Positions 55,601 to 64,000 of a stretch of 64,000 nucleotides of DNA are shown here, piece by piece (the first letter of the stretch is position 1; each line of letters opens with the position of its first letter). The translations under genes were made by a program, and so were the position numbers. A model generated the notes under the pieces. The model ran no database searches. It had not been told where the DNA came from and saw only the letters and a list, made by a program, of their open reading frames with translations. Source of the DNA: an uncultured virus (IMG/VR IMGVR_UViG_3300032323_002211) (lineage: Duplodnaviria > Heunggongvirae > Uroviricota > Caudoviricetes); the IMG/VR virus record IMGVR_UViG_3300032323_002211. One strand, given 5' to 3'.

Positions 55601-58600
55601 ACATATTTAGCACATCTTGCTAAACTCTCTTTTTCATTTTCTTTTCCGTTCTGCATGATTTCCATAGCAGACTCAAACTCTTTTACTGCAGTACCGCAGA
55701 TGTCAAAGTTTTCTGTTTGGTAGCCGAATACGTCAATATTCTTTCCTGAACCGAAGTGTGCAGGTACTTCACCACCTGAAGCCATGAATCTAGGTTGCTT
55801 TGATTGATATTCAGCAACTACTTTCCTTCTATATTGGGCAGTTTCTTTATCTCCTGCCTGTTCATCTGTTTTTGCTACTTGTAAAAAAGTATTTCTTAAT
55901 GACATCATGCCTTTATTATCGTAAATACTTTTAGCACTTGCATCTATTAATTCTTTGTCTACTTCACCACCATCAGCCATGTAGCCACCTGAAGCCATTT
56001 TTTTCAAATCTTCGTTGTTAGTATAAATTATAAATTTACTACGAGCTCTACCCAACATTTGTAAGCCATCAGTAAGGGCTTCCATAGATTCTGAGTCTTC
56101 TTTATAATGTAAAGCTAACTCATCAACCATATCTTCACATTCTTTGATTTTATTTCTCAAAGCATTTTTCAGTGAATCTACTTCTCCACCTTTAGCCATC
56201 ATAGATGCACCTGAATTATCAGAGGAAATTCCCATGTTACCAACGCTAGAACCTGCCGTACCTGATATATGCTCTTTGATTCTTTGTAAATCAGTTTCGC
56301 TAAGTTTGAAAGGCACTTTTTTATCCGCTGTAAAATGATATGAGTAAGCACCATTTGGATGGCTTTGGCTCATGAGTCCTCTACCTGAACTCAAATCTAA
56401 AAATCCAAATCTTGTAGCAGATTGAATCTTAATAGGCTGCCCCGATTGGTCAGTAGAAATTGGATAAACGCTAAAATCTTGCGGGTTTCTCATTCCCTTT
56501 ATTTTCATCATGAATGAAGTAGTACCCATGATATTCCTTCTAATAGTAGATATTTCTGCATTTACTACATCCATCATTCCACCATCAGCCATATAGCCAC
56601 CTTTTGCGTATTGACCTTCACGAACATGATTATCGAATCTATTTTTAATCCATTTATCTAATTTTTCATAGTCTGAATTATATGCAGATATGATTTCTTT
56701 TGACGTTAATTCACCATACTCTTCACCTCTATAGTCCTCTATACCCTGTTTGTGGTCATATAGGAAATGTTGTCTCTGTGCTTTAGACAGATTATCCCAA
56801 ACTTCTTTTGGTGTTTTACCTTCGTATTGGTCTTTTATTTTACCACCATCAGCCATGTAGCCACCTTTTGCGTAATCAGAACTCAACCATTTATCATAAA
56901 TTACATCGTAGTCTACTCCCATTAATTGAGATAACTTGTCGAAAAGTCTTTCTCTAACTAAACTATCAGTAACACCAATGTAATGATAAACATCACCTTC
57001 GTTATCTAAAACTTTATATAACCCATCAAATGTGGATTTTTCGTTTATCTCAATACCTAATTCATCCATTGGGTACTTATCCACATAAAAATCTTTAATT
57101 TTTTGGTCACCATCAGTTACCCCACCAACTGCCATTTTATAACCTTTACCTGATTTAGCAAAATCAACTATTTCTTTAGTGTATTGATTTTCTTTAGTTC
57201 CTGATACTGCTGTTACAAAGTCAGATGCACTTATCATTCGTCTACCAAGACCTTGCATAATATTTGACAAATCATCTTCTGATAGGTTATTCTCATCTGA
57301 AAATCTTTCAATACCTGCCTTTCCTACACCCGTCATGGAAGAAATCTGCTCAATAGTTATATCTTTCGTGCTTTTTCTACTTTTTGTTTTCCCGCCATAT
57401 CCGTAGTTCATATCTTTATTTTTTAATTCATTTAATTCTTTTTCGGCATCTTCTCTGTTATCGTGAAATTCACCAACGTAGTCATTGTCTTCGTCTTTTG
57501 AAATAACTTTATATAAAGGTTTGTCATTGTAATTGTCACGACCTTCAAATATTACATAACCACCATCAGCATATTCAGGATAAGCGTTCATTTTCAAATC
57601 TTTTAATTGTTGTACTAAAAAAGTATTCATTTTGTCATGAGTTGATTTGTCTACTTTTCCATCATTGTACATAATATCGTTAGCTAAAATCTTTTCTATT
57701 GTACTATCAGTTGGTAAATAGTAGTCTTTACCTTTTTCAACACTAAGTCTATAATGAGCCCACCTTTCTAAAGTTTGGTAATAGTCAAAAAATTTAGGGT
57801 TATTTAAAGAACCCCCTTTTGCATATTCATCTTCATCCATTTTGCCTTTTTGACCAATTTTTCTAAGGTCGTATGCCTCTCCATCTAAACCATATTCAAA
57901 CGTATAGCCTATTTTTTTAAGCTCATTATTTGCTTTTTCAAGTTTTCTGTAGTCTCCATCTTCAAAAGCATCTGAATACTTGTCTAGTACTTCTTGTACG
58001 TTACTTGGGATATTTTCATAATCTTCAAAAAGGTCTACTCCTTCTTCTGTTTCCCCACCATCAGCCATTTTATCTTTAATCAAAGAAACCCACTCTGTAC
58101 TTGTACCTTTTGTTTCAAATGTTACTTTATCAGAATCGTCAGTATCAGAAAAATATAATAAGCCCTTGTCTAAATTTACCTTAATTAATGGTGTGATACC
58201 GCCCACCGCTGTAGTTCTAGTAAAATATCTGTATATCTTCTCTCCGTCTTTTAACTTAACGTCTTTTACAAGGTCTTTGTCACTTTCATCAAGTCTGTAT
58301 AAATATCCTTCAGCTAGTTTACCACTTGCTGTTCTCCAACCAAAGTTTCCAACAAAATCTTTGTCACTTGAAGAATAGTATTTTACCTTCTCTAAAACTT
58401 CTTTTTCTATTGAGCCACTAGGTCTGCTTAGTCTCCATTCTTCTTTGTTATCAAAATATTTTACCATTCCTCCTTTAGCCAAATAAGGCTTTCTAGAAGT
58501 TTGTTTATCTGTACGATTGGCTCTCATTTCATAGTAAACTTTACCTGTTTTTGAAATACGCTTTCCTGCAGGTAAGGACTTCCTATCACCATCTCTAGCA

Positions 58601-58869
58601 ATATTGTCCTTCTTTCTTTCCTCTTTTGCAGGAGCTTTGGCAGGTGTTTTTTTAGCCACAGACTTTTTAGCAGCCTTAATTTTTTCAGCTACTTTAGATA
58701 CTTTTTTAGTTTTTACGGCTTTTTTTTCAGAAGCCTCCATGTCTTGTAATTCCTTTTCAAGTTTGGCTTTTTGTGCCTTTAATGGAGCTATTAAATTAGA
58801 AGGGGTAGCCTTACTTTTTATGCCGTTTTCTAATTTATCTATTTTAGCTTTAAGTTCCTGCTTTGTCAT
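52636..58869 (-). CDS. 2077-aa modular protein punctuated by [MYF]-[AE]-x-G-G motifs (candidate polyprotein)
   Basis: About 31 motifs in about 23 clusters (manual count) separating unrelated 50-140-aa segments; basic termini. Confidence 0.85.
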   Translation of the reverse strand: MTKQELKAKIDKLENGIKSKATPSNLIAPLKAQKAKLEKELQDMEASEKKAVKTKKVSKVAEKIKAAKKSVAKKTPAKAPAKEERKKDNIARDGDRKSLPAGKRISKTGKVYYEMRANRTDKQTSRKPYLAKGGMVKYFDNKEEWRLSRPSGSIEKEVLEKVKYYSSSDKDFVGNFGWRTASGKLAEGYLYRLDESDKDLVKDVKLKDGEKIYRYFTRTTAVGGITPLIKVNLDKGLLYFSDTDDSDKVTFETKGTSTEWVSLIKDKMADGGETEEGVDLFEDYENIPSNVQEVLDKYSDAFEDGDYRKLEKANNELKKIGYTFEYGLDGEAYDLRKIGQKGKMDEDEYAKGGSLNNPKFFDYYQTLERWAHYRLSVEKGKDYYLPTDSTIEKILANDIMYNDGKVDKSTHDKMNTFLVQQLKDLKMNAYPEYADGGYVIFEGRDNYNDKPLYKVISKDEDNDYVGEFHDNREDAEKELNELKNKDMNYGYGGKTKSRKSTKDITIEQISSMTGVGKAGIERFSDENNLSEDDLSNIMQGLGRRMISASDFVTAVSGTKENQYTKEIVDFAKSGKGYKMAVGGVTDGDQKIKDFYVDKYPMDELGIEINEKSTFDGLYKVLDNEGDVYHYIGVTDSLVRERLFDKLSQLMGVDYDVIYDKWLSSDYAKGGYMADGGKIKDQYEGKTPKEVWDNLSKAQRQHFLYDHKQGIEDYRGEEYGELTSKEIISAYNSDYEKLDKWIKNRFDNHVREGQYAKGGYMADGGMMDVVNAEISTIRRNIMGTTSFMMKIKGMRNPQDFSVYPISTDQSGQPIKIQSATRFGFLDLSSGRGLMSQSHPNGAYSYHFTADKKVPFKLSETDLQRIKEHISGTAGSSVGNMGISSDNSGASMMAKGGEVDSLKNALRNKIKECEDMVDELALHYKEDSESMEALTDGLQMLGRARSKFIIYTNNEDLKKMASGGYMADGGEVDKELIDASAKSIYDNKGMMSLRNTFLQVAKTDEQAGDKETAQYRRKVVAEYQSKQPRFMASGGEVPAHFGSGKNIDVFGYQTENFDICGTAVKEFESAMEIMQNGKENEKESLARCAKYVDGLFGIEKLVVETAGADDANFYDAVSDIMSASIYNYRAEMSINLFSFVPQHLKEIAVRMEKAEKGGLYALGGMTAGRWYRDKSGEEFKFIGKIDSGENKGKFLFTDGQKSVYKDLEDFEGGRPKETKLFGFFEDGGSVAEGNYEMLMSNIKAIKHHAEELEGAVTPNTEIEAWVLSKSERAETDLSDITHYLDGLKMADGGKVGQNYEIELFFKGLSSDNRKIGKYVVSEKTLDNLENYLQEDWRNDISLDIIDESNKKPTSWYDLKKAVYTRYTEVFGKKAKGGYMADGGVYKNYGKHKIENYLYLKDGTKVFVKEGYYMYPSTDGVASEGIYYSVKFPNGEEKNVSVDDIVFSINAPQNYSGYEKGGYMAKGCDLSSIKKKYEENEDENAHSENVVLLAKHFGTKEDLAKAKEILALHEKEGSLSSENGKKRQELHLKLIGKARNEMGKQGIEFEKGGYMAEGGFVIKYVDSSGNEKTRTDIYGKPEIFKTESAAKFKISHVPALRDGIHKNIRIVPYMAKGGKAKSFDIFVGDLLVDTDNGDEYRVKGVNKSDNIIAYMITHKDKRKGTKGMTYIHNASLSHTNKRIADGDLIIDGTIKEDGGMMAKGGEIAFDNSNLYLNGFGMDSNGNSVVKVSFPNQRAFSIQTNGVLKETNNLYTKNIKELTEAQIKTIEKEVVDYVKQFGSKEQKQRLKTYSGYMAKGGEFKPYGKTKGKYKIEYTEDGEKQSEVWESKEMVEDRGKRLLKLGHTNIKITELKQMAKGGIYSSDSLYILKVSKDGKEVGEERFRAKNIREAKEMGEDYEEKYKIKFGGDLSFSVKEAMADGGKVGGRGWENYEKGKRITKISELKVGEDYLIYNKQFNAKNIIRITSGDKTPLKRDIVYGGFVRNKNDKKIEGDFAIWGYELKDLELYEIKEMADGGKVKFADKVKSVQESLLKRKKVSPKVQKDYGKTYSKAEAKESAQRIVGSRMAQLKEKMAKKKK

Positions 58870-58906
58870 TGTGGGTAAAATTTGTATGTAAATTTAGTAA
58901 TATTTC

Positions 58907-61393
58907 TTATACCAATAACTTTAATGCCTCTAAAGTATCTTCAGCGTCCTTATCACCCGTTTCAGCTAAGATTTCTAAAGCAGCTATTGTTTCTAGTATT
59001 TCCTCTCTAGTAGCCTCAGCTTCAGGTTCGGGTTCTATGTCTTCAGGCTCAGGTACAACTATGGGGGGTGCAGGTTCTTCAACAATCGGAAGTACCGCCT
59101 TTTGCTCCTCTAGTTTGGTTTCCATTTCGTCTACAGAAGGCTCTACGACCTGAGCTACCAATTCGTCATTTTTAACGAAATCCACAACCTTTTCCCCACC
59201 TTTCTTTTTGTCCACAACCATACCTAGACCTGTTTCCCCGCTATTTCCTTTGTAGTCTATGTATTGGTCTTCTCTAATATCAGAAGGTGGAACGAAGTTT
59301 CCTATATCATATTTTCTCTTAGCTACTTCAACTATTTTCTCCATGAAAGTACCAATATATTCTAGCTCCTTTCCTGCAGGATAAGGTCTTTGGTAGCCTT
59401 CAGCAATAATGTCTTCCATAGGAATATCAGCAACTAGATAGTTACTTACCCTATCCGCATCAAATAGCTTTTTTAGAATCCATGTTTCCCATGAACGAGC
59501 AAATAGCTCCACAGCACTTGTCCAATATTTTGTTCTACGAACACCACCCACTATATATTTTTTATATGTAGATTTTGGGTCTAAATACACATATTGAAAG
59601 TAAGAATAAGCTGTTTTATGGTACAAATAGCTAGTTTTTAGCTTCATTGGTACTTCATAGCTTTCAAGTCCGAAATGCTTGATTACATAGCCAAATACCT
59701 TCACTTGACTAGAAAGTAGTGATTCATCCACTACTGCTAAATCGTCAAGCCCATTTAACGTTTCCTCTATAGTAGCTTTGATTTCTACATCTTTAGTTCT
59801 ATAACTTCCTCTAATGTAGTATTTGGGTGTTTCTTGACTTTCAACAGCCATGAATTTCATAGGAAGTCTTGGTGTGTATAAGTCATTACCATTATAAATA
59901 AAACTAAAAAGCTCTTTAAAAAGAGTTTTCAATTCAGAATCAGGGCTGTAACCTTCAGAGGCAAACTGATTAGTTGCTCTTTGTTGGTCTAGCTCCACTA
60001 TTACGTTGTCGAAGTAGTGACCCCATTCGTGAGCTACAGACCCATCACCATTACTTTTCGTTAGGTTAATATCTTTTGTTTGAGGGAAATAGGCAGCAGC
60101 GTGTCCTTTGCGTCCTTTTGCCCCGAAAGCTATTTTTAACTTACCTAGCTGATTTGCTTTTTTGATGTCAATATTTATGATTTCAGCCATGTCGCTGATG
60201 GCAGCCAAGAAGTGTTTTGTATGCTCTTTACTCCATTTATCGTCTACATATTGACCATAATTAACAGCAGCAAACCCAAACTTATTAACAACTTCTGCAG
60301 GTGTTATTTCAGGTATTTTATAACCCCCTGTTCTTTTAATGTAAGAAAGTGGAGCTTTTGTATTGATAGCCTGTTCTTTAGGAGCAGCAGTATCTTTCTT
60401 TGTTTCGTCCTTTGTTTCAGCCTTTTCAAACCATGACCAATTGTTAGGTCTAGGTGCTGCACTTAGTTGCTTTGTTGCATAACTCATTCTTGACCTTCTC
60501 AATTCATCTTCTGAGTATTTTATTAGAAAATCTCTGAATTTCTCTATGTCAGCCTTATAAATTGATTGGTTGTATGGACTAATTCTCCAAGAAGTCTCCA
60601 TAGTTAGTAAAAGCTGCTTTCTGTCCATTTCTTTATACCTAGCTACTTTTTTCTGAAATGACTCGACAGCGTTCATTTCCCTTTCTTTAAGGGCATCAAT
60701 AATCTCTTTTGATTTTTCTTCGCTTATAGGTTCTTTTTCATCTGCTTCAAGCCAAATAGCTGCTGCTGCATCACTACGTCTAAACAAAATGTTTTCAAAT
60801 CTTGAACTAAAAAGCTCGTTTATGACCTTTCTAACAAGAGTGCTACTACCATACATGAAAGCCAATCTTATGTTTCTATTCTGCTTGAGGGATTCTTCAA
60901 TAGCTTTTTTTGTCACTTCGTCTGAAGTATCATAGTCGGGATTGAAAAATGTCATTATAACTTCGGGCATAGTCATATCCCTATAAAATTCAGAGAGCTT
61001 TCTAATATCTTCTACATTAAAACAGGCATCTAGCTTATTTTGAAGGTTCTCCAAAAAAAGTACATAGCTCCTTCTCATTCCCTTTTCGTCTTTAGGTCTT
61101 GTAGGAACAGCCTCCCTTAGCTTTACTTTTAGGAACGCTGCACCCGAAGTAACACCATTTTCCTTTTGAGCTTTTACGTCAATAGGTGACCAAACGTTGT
61201 CCTTTTTAACCATGTTGTATGCCATTACAGCATCGTCCTCTAAGTCAGTTAGGACTTTGGAATTGATTAATCTAAAGGCTGCCTTTTCCTTTTTAGTCTG
61301 TGCTACACGACCAATATCTTTGAACTCTCTATTAGATTGCTTTTCCTGTAGCCTTTGTTCTACCTGTTCCTTTATTTGATTTAAGTCAGCCAT
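58907..61393 (-). CDS. Large polyvalent protein with LPD1-like region and zincin motif
   Basis: FGFAAVNYG, IAFGAKG, INLTKSNGDGSVAHEWGHYFD, YWTSAVELFARSWE, RPYPAGKE. Confidence 0.72.
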   Translation of the reverse strand: MADLNQIKEQVEQRLQEKQSNREFKDIGRVAQTKKEKAAFRLINSKVLTDLEDDAVMAYNMVKKDNVWSPIDVKAQKENGVTSGAAFLKVKLREAVPTRPKDEKGMRRSYVLFLENLQNKLDACFNVEDIRKLSEFYRDMTMPEVIMTFFNPDYDTSDEVTKKAIEESLKQNRNIRLAFMYGSSTLVRKVINELFSSRFENILFRRSDAAAAIWLEADEKEPISEEKSKEIIDALKEREMNAVESFQKKVARYKEMDRKQLLLTMETSWRISPYNQSIYKADIEKFRDFLIKYSEDELRRSRMSYATKQLSAAPRPNNWSWFEKAETKDETKKDTAAPKEQAINTKAPLSYIKRTGGYKIPEITPAEVVNKFGFAAVNYGQYVDDKWSKEHTKHFLAAISDMAEIINIDIKKANQLGKLKIAFGAKGRKGHAAAYFPQTKDINLTKSNGDGSVAHEWGHYFDNVIVELDQQRATNQFASEGYSPDSELKTLFKELFSFIYNGNDLYTPRLPMKFMAVESQETPKYYIRGSYRTKDVEIKATIEETLNGLDDLAVVDESLLSSQVKVFGYVIKHFGLESYEVPMKLKTSYLYHKTAYSYFQYVYLDPKSTYKKYIVGGVRRTKYWTSAVELFARSWETWILKKLFDADRVSNYLVADIPMEDIIAEGYQRPYPAGKELEYIGTFMEKIVEVAKRKYDIGNFVPPSDIREDQYIDYKGNSGETGLGMVVDKKKGGEKVVDFVKNDELVAQVVEPSVDEMETKLEEQKAVLPIVEEPAPPIVVPEPEDIEPEPEAEATREEILETIAALEILAETGDKDAEDTLEALKLLV

Positions 61394-61395
61394 GA

Positions 61396-63999
61396 TTATT
61401 TGAAATTAGATTTACCAAATTGTGATTGCATAATTTTAGCGTCTTCGTCTTCGTCACCATCAATAAAACCACCCATAGCATAGCTTTTTTGAGGTAATTT
61501 GTTCTTTACAAGTGCTATTGCAGGTTCTAGTTCCCTTTCTGTGCTAATATTTTTGATTGAAATTGATTTGTCTTTGAAGTATTTACTTAATTCCTCAAAA
61601 GTAAGGTGTTTATCCTCCATTTTAGACTGAAGCGGACTTTTAGGCTTGTTTACAAGGTTTACTCCGTCATCTGAAAAAGATACCACTTCCCATTGGTCAT
61701 TACCACCACTTGAATAGACTATTGTACCTACAGCTAACATAGGCATACCATCTGAAAGACCTAAATCGTCTGCAGTAATGTAATGCTCTTCTACCATCAT
61801 TTCCTCCATTACAGGCTCTAATTCAACTTCAACCTCAACTTCTATTTTAGGGAATAAATGGCTTTTAAGTTCTGTTTGGTAGTCGGTTTCCCCGCCTTCA
61901 GCCATTTTTCCACCTTTACCAAATTTTGCGACTTTCTTTAATTTAATTGAATATTGTGCTTGTCCTGTATTTTGGTTGTATTCCATATTTACTGAATCGG
62001 CATCGAAAAATTCAGCACTTGAAGTAGCCTCTTTATGTAATTTTTCAGCCATGCCTGTCGTATAATTCTCATCAAGTCCAATAATTAAAGAGTTTGAATC
62101 TTCGTCAATATAATAAAACTTTATAGGCTGTACCTTCTTTATAAATATTTCTATTTTTTGAGCTAAAAGTTGATTTGTTAATGAATGTAAATCACCTGTT
62201 ATTCCACCTTCAGCCATAGAGTGTTTACAACCGCATGAGCTAACTATTTCATGGTCTTTCATCATTTTACCACCATACTTGTATTCTTTCCCACTTGTAT
62301 AAATACTTTCAGGAATATCCCCGCCATCAGCAAAAGAGACACCCCCACCGCTTTCATTGATTTTTGAAAGGATTTCCCTGTTGGTCATCATTTTGCCTTC
62401 AAACTCACGCTTTTGATTGTCAGATACGGCATTACGGGTAATAACCACCTCACCCCCCTCCATTTCTAAAGGTTGGTTAGTTGATTTGTTTACAGCTTTG
62501 ATACCGCCTTCGCTATGTCTTTTACCAACTAAAACACCGCCAACGTTACCGCTGCCATGTGAGAAGTAGTCTTTTACGTTTTTATCGTCAGGGTTTATTT
62601 CGCCACCTGCTTTATAGTAACCACCTTTTTCCATTTTGTTGTTTTTATGTTTTCTGACCATAAAGCCATTTGGCAATAATTCAAAGCCAAACTTCTCATA
62701 GTAAGATATTAGGTATTCTCTAGTTATTTTTTCCTTTTTAGAGCTATCCTTTATATGATTGTGTCTAGGTATCGGCTCTAAATAAACATCTATTTCGTTC
62801 TTATCTGCTAATTCTAAAAGCTCCTTTAGTTTTTCTTTACCATCTACACTTTCGTCCCTTTTCTCAAAAACGTCCAAAATCACATGATTATCCTCACTTG
62901 ACATTTTACTGAACTCGTTTGGTACTGATACCATAATGGTCATCTTATCCGATACACCATTTTTGTACCAATCTTGGTATTGTTTGTAAAACTCTGTAAT
63001 ACCCCCCTGAGCCATTTTATTTTGGCTTTCCATGTATTCTAGTTTCTCATAGTAGTCAATCATTTCGTCTAAATGCTGTAAAGCAATAGTTTCTTGAACG
63101 GTTGGGTTATCTGAGTGTTCTGATTCTGTTTTCATGCCCTTTCTGAGCTGCTCTTCGGCATAATCTAAAGGAACATCCTTTTCTTTGGCTATTTGTTCAA
63201 TAGTCTTTGAAGGCTTAAATAACTCAAGACCTAACTCCATTTTGATTAAATCGTGCTGAGAAGGAATGGCTAAAGTACCCCCATCAGCGTAATTATCTTT
63301 TATAAAAACAGCCTCTTGGTTATCAAATTCCTCTTTTAGAATGTCTTTTCTTGACCTTGACTCAGATATAGTACCATACTTTTTATCTAATTGCTTGAAA
63401 TAGATATAATTACCATCGTCTTTTCTGTCCTTGTATGTGATTGTATCATTCTTATTTACAATCGTATTTATGTATTTACGATTGTCTTGAACAAACTCGA
63501 ATTTAAGACCTTCTTTGAAAAAAGAGCTATCCTTTTTCCATAAAACAACACTAAAGTCATCTACTACTTCTAGCTCTTCGCCTACTTTGTCCCCTACTTT
63601 AATAGTTCCATTAAAAGATATTTCAGTTAAATCAGGATTGTCTTTAATGATTTCGAGAACCTTTCTTTGACTTGGATTTTTAGATTCAATAAATTCAGAA
63701 TCCCTTTCAGATTCTTTTTTGTAAGAATAACCATCATTTCTTGCTACAACAATTTTAGACCCCAACTTATACCATTCTGCTATTTTCTTTTCTCTTTCCT
63801 TCCTTACTGATTCAATTAGATTTTCAGTTGGACTTACAATTAAACCACCATCTGCATACATTTTCGGGTTGCTTAGGTAATATATCGCAACTTCTTTGGC
63901 TGCTTTTAGTGTTTTGTAGCCACCAATAGTCTTTTGTGGCTTACCATCATGCTGCATATTTAATATCCACAATTTGTCAAGTTTGCTGTAATGTATACT
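61396..63999 (-). CDS. Second GG-motif modular protein, 5' end truncated by the window edge
   Basis: Frame stays open upstream of the TTG at 63972. About 11 xAxGG-type motifs; modules include DUF5661-like (GMKTESEH...IALQHLDE..DYY) and GNAT-like (LADKNEIDVYLEP...YYEKFGF) segments. Confidence 0.8.
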   Translation of the reverse strand, partial: SIHYSKLDKLWILNMQHDGKPQKTIGGYKTLKAAKEVAIYYLSNPKMYADGGLIVSPTENLIESVRKEREKKIAEWYKLGSKIVVARNDGYSYKKESERDSEFIESKNPSQRKVLEIIKDNPDLTEISFNGTIKVGDKVGEELEVVDDFSVVLWKKDSSFFKEGLKFEFVQDNRKYINTIVNKNDTITYKDRKDDGNYIYFKQLDKKYGTISESRSRKDILKEEFDNQEAVFIKDNYADGGTLAIPSQHDLIKMELGLELFKPSKTIEQIAKEKDVPLDYAEEQLRKGMKTESEHSDNPTVQETIALQHLDEMIDYYEKLEYMESQNKMAQGGITEFYKQYQDWYKNGVSDKMTIMVSVPNEFSKMSSEDNHVILDVFEKRDESVDGKEKLKELLELADKNEIDVYLEPIPRHNHIKDSSKKEKITREYLISYYEKFGFELLPNGFMVRKHKNNKMEKGGYYKAGGEINPDDKNVKDYFSHGSGNVGGVLVGKRHSEGGIKAVNKSTNQPLEMEGGEVVITRNAVSDNQKREFEGKMMTNREILSKINESGGGVSFADGGDIPESIYTSGKEYKYGGKMMKDHEIVSSCGCKHSMAEGGITGDLHSLTNQLLAQKIEIFIKKVQPIKFYYIDEDSNSLIIGLDENYTTGMAEKLHKEATSSAEFFDADSVNMEYNQNTGQAQYSIKLKKVAKFGKGGKMAEGGETDYQTELKSHLFPKIEVEVEVELEPVMEEMMVEEHYITADDLGLSDGMPMLAVGTIVYSSGGNDQWEVVSFSDDGVNLVNKPKSPLQSKMEDKHLTFEELSKYFKDKSISIKNISTERELEPAIALVKNKLPQKSYAMGGFIDGDEDEDAKIMQSQFGKSNFK

Positions 64000-64000
64000 T

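Noticed and set aside
52820..58480. Regularly spaced short DNA repeats resembling a CRISPR array
   Set aside because: The repeats are degenerate, in frame within one ORF, and separated by 150-420 nt; no cas genes are present. Reported instead as protein linkers.
52636..58869. Tape measure protein call for the 2077-aa ORF
   Set aside because: Lacks the long Ala/Gly-rich amphipathic helical repeats and TM segments typical of tape measures, and no tail genes are adjacent.
1..64000. tRNA/rRNA genes, integrase or att sites, alternative genetic code
   Set aside because: None recognised by eye; intergenic gaps are short and ORFs tile densely under the standard code. tRNAscan-SE would be needed to fully exclude tRNAs.

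Overview
AT-rich, gene-dense fragment of a large bacteriophage (or phage-like element) genome. Nearly all genes are on the minus strand, except one plus-strand glycosyltransferase block (16.6-22.4 kb). TAnnTTT(G/A) promoter-like boxes and A-rich leaders without Shine-Dalgarno sequences suggest a Bacteroidota host (inference). Modules, left to right: (1) early/recombination genes (RecT, PD-(D/E)XK exonuclease, a 251-aa PolB-palm-like protein) with a duplicated, co-varying pseudoknot-like leader; (2) a surface-modification region (GT2, GT4, GT9, Aah/TibC-like O-heptosyltransferase, HPAT-like transferase, methyltransferase, APS kinase, sulfotransferase) around Thr-rich mucin-like proteins and a 2560-aa fibre with a peptidase S74 chaperone; (3) a morphogenesis region with no recognisable terminase, portal, HK97 capsid or tape measure, but with an A32/FtsK-type ATPase, a beta-rich capsid candidate plus a paralog, a zincin protease, a Tlr6F-like protein and more than 20 single-pass membrane proteins, suggesting a tailless membrane-containing virion; (4) three peptidoglycan hydrolases and holin-like genes; (5) giant polyvalent proteins. 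The main finding is two proteins (2077 aa and >858 aa) built from many unrelated 50-140-aa modules, each delimited by a [MYF]-[AE]-x-G-G motif, which look like protease-processed polyproteins. All family calls come from motif recognition by eye, not database searches.
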